Below, in pieces: positions 58,939 through 64,000 of a DNA stretch of 64,000 bases (the stretch's first letter is position 1; each line of letters starts with the position of its first letter). The notes beneath the pieces are model-generated. The model was given only the letters and a program-made list of their open reading frames with translations. It was not told the origin of the DNA and did no database searches. Location: NCBI GenBank assembly GCA_015486075.1, contig WFSG01000033.1, forward strand, positions 61,023 through 125,022, given 5' to 3'. This stretch comes from Deltaproteobacteria bacterium. Lineage in GTDB: Bacteria > Desulfobacterota > Desulfomonilia > UBA1062. The position numbers were made by a program, and so were the translations under genes.

Positions 58939-59355
58939 ATGATCAAGGTGGGGTCCATATTAGGCGAGGTAAACCCGCGTCTGACAGTGCTATTGAAGCT
59001 TAGGTCAAGGTGGTCCGAAATCACAGGTGATCTACTGGCATCGCATACTACACCAGTAAGCATAAGCAGAAATAATCTGCTCGTACAGTGTGATTCCCCC
59101 GCCTGGATACAGCAGGTGGGGCTACTTGAATCAGAGCTCAAGGACAGGATAGAAGAAATTGCCGATATTAAGGTAGAGGGGATAAAGGCAAAGTTGAAGG
59201 TACATTCCAAGAGAGATGCCGAGACATATCAATGGCACAGGATAGAGATACCGGAGGTATCAATGGACGAGTCTTTGATAAAAGACATAAAAGACCCCGA
59301 GCTCAAGCATGCTGTTCTGGAGTTCATGGAGACTAGCAGGAGAAGGAATGCCTAA
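58939..59355 (+). CDS. DUF721/DciA-family protein
   Basis: W.EI.G..LA.HT.P.......L.V...SPAW.Q....L...L...I pattern. Confidence 0.78.
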   Translation: MIKVGSILGEVNPRLTVLLKLRSRWSEITGDLLASHTTPVSISRNNLLVQCDSPAWIQQVGLLESELKDRIEEIADIKVEGIKAKLKVHSKRDAETYQWHRIEIPEVSMDESLIKDIKDPELKHAVLEFMETSRRRNA

Positions 59356-60025
59356 GGGTTTAAAGATAACACTTTGGGTATTATTTGCAATCTTCGGTAC
59401 TGTAATGGTGCTATGGGTTGCTTCCATACTGGGCTATCTCCCGCTTACCTTTACTGATGCACGTTCAGCAAAAGAGTTTATAGAGTTCTTGGATTCTCCC
59501 AGGGATGACATGCGTGGGATAAAGATAAATGGACACCTACTAGATATTGGGAAAAGACCGTCCCTCCAGATACTCAAACCTTACAACAGGCCCTTTTACA
59601 TGGTAAGACCGTACAGAAAGGTGCGGCTCATACCTTTAAACATGACTAAAACAGAGGTCATTGACTTCTGCCTGGGTATAGACGGCAAGGAATTTGAGAA
59701 GCTAAGGTCCAGGCCAACATACCCTGATGCAAGCCATGTGTGGGAAGCCTCGATCAACAAAAGAAAGGTGAAGATATTAAGGTTAACCCACTTTACGTAT
59801 CTAGTATATGGACTGAGACATAAGCCGGTTTTCATTGGACAGGTAGAACTTGCCAAGAAACTCGGTATACCAGATAAAGAGATAATGAGCTACATTGTAC
59901 CGGTGCAAGATGCCTGGTACGTTAATTTCATGACCATCCTTAACAAGGCTTCTGGCAAGGCCTTCCCTAGGCCACCTGATGCAGAGGACGTTCTGGAACA
60001 CAGATATGCCGGGCATATACACTAA
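59348..60025 (+). CDS. Hypothetical membrane-anchored protein
   Basis: N-terminal TM helix after ATG 59348 (overlaps upstream stop). No family recognised. Confidence 0.7.
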   Translation: MPKGLKITLWVLFAIFGTVMVLWVASILGYLPLTFTDARSAKEFIEFLDSPRDDMRGIKINGHLLDIGKRPSLQILKPYNRPFYMVRPYRKVRLIPLNMTKTEVIDFCLGIDGKEFEKLRSRPTYPDASHVWEASINKRKVKILRLTHFTYLVYGLRHKPVFIGQVELAKKLGIPDKEIMSYIVPVQDAWYVNFMTILNKASGKAFPRPPDAEDVLEHRYAGHIH

Positions 60026-60114
60026 AAGACTGTAACGACCTAATTTTTCGATATGCATTATCACGCTTGTGGCAGTACCATTAAAGATTAGTTGCTACAT
60101 GGACAAAAGTAACT

Positions 60115-60201
60115 TGGTGCCGGGAGAGGGACTCGAACCCTCACAGGCCTACGCCCACTAGACCCTGAACCTAGCGCGTCTACCAGTTCCGCCACCCCGG
60201 C
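60115..60201 (-). tRNA. tRNA-Leu (anticodon CAG)
   Basis: Minus strand GCCGGGGTGGCGGAACTGGTAGACGCGCTAGGTTCAGGGTCTAG...GGTTCGAGTCCCTCTCCCGGCACCA. Long variable arm, encoded CCA. Confidence 0.97.
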
Positions 60202-60232
60202 CTTGTTTGTCTTGAAAACTCAAGACCTTTCC

Positions 60233-60261
60233 CATATACTTATGCACTCAAGAAAAGTCAA
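60233..60261 (-). promoter_or_regulatory. Putative sigma70 promoter of tRNA-Leu
   Basis: TTGACT-N17-TATATG about 30 nt upstream of the tRNA. Confidence 0.4.
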
Positions 60262-60280
60262 GGACGGATAAGCAGGGCAT

Positions 60281-61225
60281 ATGGAGATAGTATCAGGTGT
60301 TAGTAACCTCGACAAAGTTAAATTTACGTGTTCGGTTGTAACTATTGGCAATTTCGACGGCTGTCACCTAGCCCACCAGGAGATATTCAGGAGGCTTAAG
60401 TTACACTCGTCAAGATCTGGCTGCATATCGTGCGTTATTACCTTTGATCCCCACCCGGACACAGTTGTGTTCAAGGATCATCACGTGGACCTGATATTTA
60501 GCATAGATGAGAGAATAAAGGCGGTAGAGTCTATGGGTATCGATGTCCTGGTAATAGAGAGGTTTACCAGGGAGTTCGCAGATATGCTACCCGGCGATTT
60601 TGTCAAGGACATATTGGTAAAGAGATTAAGGACAAAGGGACTGGTTGTTGGCCATGATTTCTCCTTCGGGAGGAAGGGCACAGGGGACATAGAATTTCTG
60701 AAGTCCATGTCACGCAGCCTTGGTTTCTTTGTTGACGTAGTAGATGCAATAAAGACAAGGGATATACTCGTATCAAGCTCTAACATAAGGGATATCATCA
60801 GGAGAGGAGATGTCAAACTTGCATCAGAGCTAATGCTTTATCCGTACAGGATACCAGGCAAGGTCATACACGGCAGGTCAAGGGGCCTTGACATGGGATT
60901 TCCAACGGCAAATATTAATCCTTCAAAGACACTCATCCCAGCAGATGGTGTGTACGCAGCGTTCACCTACGTTGATGGAGACAGGATGCAGAGCGTAGTT
61001 AATGTTGGCACAAATCCCACCTTTGGGGATGTGGATCTGTCCGTGGAGGCATTTATATTTGGGATGCATAGGGATATCTATGGTAAGTATATAATAGTAG
61101 AGTTTGTGGAGAGGCTAAGACAGGAAATCAAGTTTAAAAACAGGCTAGAGCTCAAGCAGCAGATAGAAAAGGATTGCAAGAGGGCAAAGTATATCCTGGA
61201 CAGGGTGGTAAGAACATTAACATGA
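60281..61225 (+). CDS. ribF: Bifunctional riboflavin kinase/FAD synthetase
   Basis: TIGNFDG.HLAHQ, TFDPHP, VGHDF.FG, SSS.IR, G.V.HG..RG..MGFPTAN, N.G.NPTF, E. Confidence 0.96.
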   Translation: MEIVSGVSNLDKVKFTCSVVTIGNFDGCHLAHQEIFRRLKLHSSRSGCISCVITFDPHPDTVVFKDHHVDLIFSIDERIKAVESMGIDVLVIERFTREFADMLPGDFVKDILVKRLRTKGLVVGHDFSFGRKGTGDIEFLKSMSRSLGFFVDVVDAIKTRDILVSSSNIRDIIRRGDVKLASELMLYPYRIPGKVIHGRSRGLDMGFPTANINPSKTLIPADGVYAAFTYVDGDRMQSVVNVGTNPTFGDVDLSVEAFIFGMHRDIYGKYIIVEFVERLRQEIKFKNRLELKQQIEKDCKRAKYILDRVVRTLT

Positions 61226-61935
61226 ATGTATTTGCCATTGCCGACCTCCACCTTGGACTAGGTATTGACAAGAAAATGGATATATTTGGTCCTGCGTGGC
61301 TGGATCATCCCTCCAAGATAAAGAATTCATGGGTATCTCTTGTTGGCAGGGAAGACCTGGTGCTAATACCGGGCGACATATCCTGGGCAATTAGCCTTGA
61401 CCAGGCTAGGGCTGATATTGATTTTATATCCATGCTACCTGGGAAGAAAGTTATTATACGAGGTAATCACGACTACTGGTGGAGTACGCTTACAAAGCTC
61501 AATAGGTTTTTACCAGAAGACATTGTACCAATCCACAATACGTCTTTTGTATATAGGGGTGTAGGCGTTGCAGGTACAAGACTCTGGATTGAGCCAGAGC
61601 TTAGGCTTGAGGCTTCTTCTGATAGTGACGAAAAAATATATAAAAGGGAATTGGAAAGGCTGAGAATGTCCATATCCAGTTTACCAGGTGGGCTTGAGAA
61701 GATCGTTGTCATGACACATTTCCCGCCAATATCCATACAGGGAGAGCCTGGTAGGGCCGTGCGCGTGGTTGAGGAATATTACACTCCTGACGTGTGGGTC
61801 TTTGGTCATATGCATCTGGATGGCTCAGGTTCTAAGGATTATCATGGTTTTAACAGGGTCATCGGTAAGACACGGTATGAATTTGTATCCGCGGACTTTC
61901 TGGGGTTTAAGCCAAGACTAATACTTGATCTGTAG
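61222..61935 (+). CDS. Metallophosphoesterase
   Basis: IADLHL, PGDISWA, RGNHDYWW, THFPP, FGH.H. ATGA overlap with ribF. Confidence 0.9.
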   Translation: MNVFAIADLHLGLGIDKKMDIFGPAWLDHPSKIKNSWVSLVGREDLVLIPGDISWAISLDQARADIDFISMLPGKKVIIRGNHDYWWSTLTKLNRFLPEDIVPIHNTSFVYRGVGVAGTRLWIEPELRLEASSDSDEKIYKRELERLRMSISSLPGGLEKIVVMTHFPPISIQGEPGRAVRVVEEYYTPDVWVFGHMHLDGSGSKDYHGFNRVIGKTRYEFVSADFLGFKPRLILDL

Positions 61936-62082
61936 ACACGATAACATCAAGAGATTTAGCCCTAAACACGTTCTTGAAGGCAAGTTTTCAAATTTGTAAC
62001 CATAGCATGACCTTGTATATTTTATAATAACTGCTTTTTTTTGTTTATAAAATACAACTCATTTTTATTATATGTACATATT

Positions 62083-62177
62083 TGTAATTAGGGTTACATT
62101 TTTTACTCTTCTTGGCAGGTAGAGACATTTGCAAACCTTGGTATATAGTCATATCTCTGATATGGCACGACTATTGT
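62083..62177 (+). promoter_or_regulatory. Putative sigma54 promoter with upstream palindromic activator site
   Basis: TGGCACGACTATTGT at 62163-62177 (-24/-12, with GT instead of GC). TGTAA-N6-TTACA palindrome at 62083-62098 in an AT-rich spacer. Confidence 0.4.
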
Positions 62178-62193
62178 TAGTAAAAAGCTGGAT

Positions 62194-63384
62194 ATGAGGA
62201 TAGCTAGGGCCGTTGTTTTTTTATTTGTTATTATAGTGCTTTTTCCCTTGGCGCTAAGGGCCGCTGAAATCAGGGTTAGCTGGATTGCTGACACTGATGC
62301 TGACCTTGCAGGTTATAAGGTGTATTACGGTACAAGTAGCGGTTCTTATGATAATATCCTTGATGTAGGTCCTTCAACGAGTGTTGAAATAGGGGGACTT
62401 TCACAGGGAGAAACCTATTATTTTGTAGTGACTGCCTATGATACCTCAGGTAACGAAAGTGCTTTCTCTGAAGAGAAGAGCATATGCATCCCAGATGGTT
62501 CCAGCCCGGTTACTGACAAGGATAACGACGGCATCCCTGATTTCATTGAGAACTCATGGGGACTTGATGCCAGTAATCCCGATGATTCCATGATGGATCC
62601 CGATGGGGACGGGGTGGTTAATCTCGTTGAGTACATGTCCGGGACTAATCCCCTTGATCCTAGTGACAGGCCCGATAAGGATGAAATACTGAAGGATCTT
62701 ATAGGTGAGGTAGAAGAGCCAATCAGCCTATCATCAGTTGATCAGGATGGCTCTCATGTCTTTCAGCCTCTGAGTCCAGAGGCACCCATGCCGGAAAATA
62801 ACATAGTATACTTGGATTCACCAAGTATATACCTGTACAACGTACTAGACCAGGATAACAACCTCCTGTACAGGCTCAGGGTATCTACTGCAACCGAGGT
62901 GTTTAATAGGGCTACCTATACACCTGGGGCGGATCTGGCCCTTGAGAGTAATACAAGTGGTATAAGCGTGCAGTTACCTGCAGATGCACTTCCAAGGTCT
63001 GTTCCCATTGGTATAGGCCATTCTGATATGGTACAGGCCGAGGATAAGGGTGCATATAATAGTGATTGCATGGAGTTCGATATACTGCCCTTAGGCCTTA
63101 GTCTGGCTAGGCCTGCAGTTATTACAGTGAGTAACAGAGGTGGCTTAAAATCACCTGGAGTACAGAAATGGGATGACCAGTCCCAATCCTGGGAAAGCCT
63201 GGATAGCACAGATGCAGGTGATAATACTATCAAGTTCGAGACAAAGGATTTCGGGCACTTTAGGTTGATATCAGAAAGCTCCGGAACAGATGGGCCCAAC
63301 CCTTCGAATGCCATTGGTGTTAAGGGTATAAGTGCTGGTGGTGGCGGTGGAGGAGGTTGCTTTATCTCCACAGCAGGCATTTAA
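62194..63384 (+). CDS. Secreted fibronectin type III protein with Ca-binding DxDxDG repeats, ZU5-like domain and Gly-rich CFI C-terminal motif
   Basis: Signal peptide. VSW....D.DLAGYKVYYG...G.Y....YYFVVTAYD.SGNES FN3. DKDNDGIPD/DPDGDGV.NL.EY..GTNP. Ends GGGGGGGCFISTAGI. Confidence 0.85.
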   Translation: MRIARAVVFLFVIIVLFPLALRAAEIRVSWIADTDADLAGYKVYYGTSSGSYDNILDVGPSTSVEIGGLSQGETYYFVVTAYDTSGNESAFSEEKSICIPDGSSPVTDKDNDGIPDFIENSWGLDASNPDDSMMDPDGDGVVNLVEYMSGTNPLDPSDRPDKDEILKDLIGEVEEPISLSSVDQDGSHVFQPLSPEAPMPENNIVYLDSPSIYLYNVLDQDNNLLYRLRVSTATEVFNRATYTPGADLALESNTSGISVQLPADALPRSVPIGIGHSDMVQAEDKGAYNSDCMEFDILPLGLSLARPAVITVSNRGGLKSPGVQKWDDQSQSWESLDSTDAGDNTIKFETKDFGHFRLISESSGTDGPNPSNAIGVKGISAGGGGGGGCFISTAGI

Positions 63385-63538
63385 GTAAGATCGTTTCTAT
63401 ACCTCACCTAGACTTGCCTTGCATCTTGCTTATTTTTGTTTGTACTTGAGGAATGTCCATTCCAGAGAAAGAGCATTACCCTGTTTATCTTTGTGGGTAG
63501 CTGTGGTATCTAGTATACTGGAATACAGGAGGCCTCTC

Positions 63539-63958
63539 ATGCCCAAGGTAAAAGAGATCATGCAGACACCTGTTGAGACTATCCTCAGTGATGAACCTAT
63601 AATAAACGCTATAAAGATTATGAAAGAAAAAGGGTTCAGGAGATTGCCAGTACTTGACAGGGATAATAATTTGGTGGGTATTGTAACAGATAGGGACCTG
63701 AGGCTGGCCACAAATTCACCGGTTGTATTTCACGAGATCTCCTATGATGAGTACTTGTTAAACGAGGTAAAGGTAGGATCATGCATGTCAACCAAACCCA
63801 TAACAATTACGCCTGAAGCCGATATCATTGATGCAGCTCGTATTATGGAGAACATGAAGATAGGAGGTATACCTGTAGTAGATAACACTGGACGCATAGT
63901 TGGCATTATCACTGTTTCAGACCTTATAGGTTACCTGGTATCCATTCTGGAACAATAA
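63539..63958 (+). CDS. CBS-domain protein (AcuB-like)
   Basis: Two CBS repeats (RRLPV...LVGIVTDRDL; GGIPVV...IVGIIT.SDL). GGAGG RBS. Confidence 0.92.
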   Translation: MPKVKEIMQTPVETILSDEPIINAIKIMKEKGFRRLPVLDRDNNLVGIVTDRDLRLATNSPVVFHEISYDEYLLNEVKVGSCMSTKPITITPEADIIDAARIMENMKIGGIPVVDNTGRIVGIITVSDLIGYLVSILEQ

Positions 63959-64000
63959 TCTGGTATTACTAGTCTGGCAATACAACATGCCCTGGTAATG

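Noticed and set aside
60026-60201. tRNA-Leu as the attachment site of an integrated element
   Set aside because: No integrase, no duplicated tRNA 3' end seen, and the flanking genes are housekeeping.

Overview
A gene-dense 64-kb bacterial chromosomal segment, probably from an anaerobic Desulfobacterota/deltaproteobacterium-like organism. That assignment is inferred from gene content: ahbB-hemL, selA, a CCG-domain Fe-S protein, hom-apgM synteny and a class I adenylate cyclase. It is mostly housekeeping. It holds a surface-glycan cluster (GT4/GT2, three tandem hexapeptide acyltransferases, two methyltransferases), panP-like decarboxylase, rsmI, two Lon paralogs, two HDOD proteins, and a yfcE-HIT-lapA-lipA-alaC-hom-X-apgM operon. 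It also holds lgt, cyaA, galE, a hydantoinase-HDAC-patatin-menA-radical SAM run, a two-component system, mreBCD-mrdA-rodA, a short glmU, hemL, a PPi-type pfk, selA between two patatins, rluD-like, dciA-like, tRNA-Leu(CAG), ribF and a secreted FN3 protein. I saw no integrase, transposase, prophage or CRISPR array. Most notable observations: (1) the thrC slot of the threonine operon holds an intact but apparently catalytically dead threonine-synthase homolog with the PLP-lysine loop deleted; (2) a 90-aa protein resembling an isolated flagellin C-terminal D0 segment sits behind a sigma28-like promoter; (3) four sigma28-like promoters share identical spacing, and three of them would give leaderless mRNAs; (4) three coupled LbH acyltransferase paralogs; (5) a MenA-like prenyltransferase coupled to an AhbD-like radical SAM/SPASM enzyme; (6) a GlmU lacking its acetyltransferase half. 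All family calls come from motif recognition by eye, and no database search was run.
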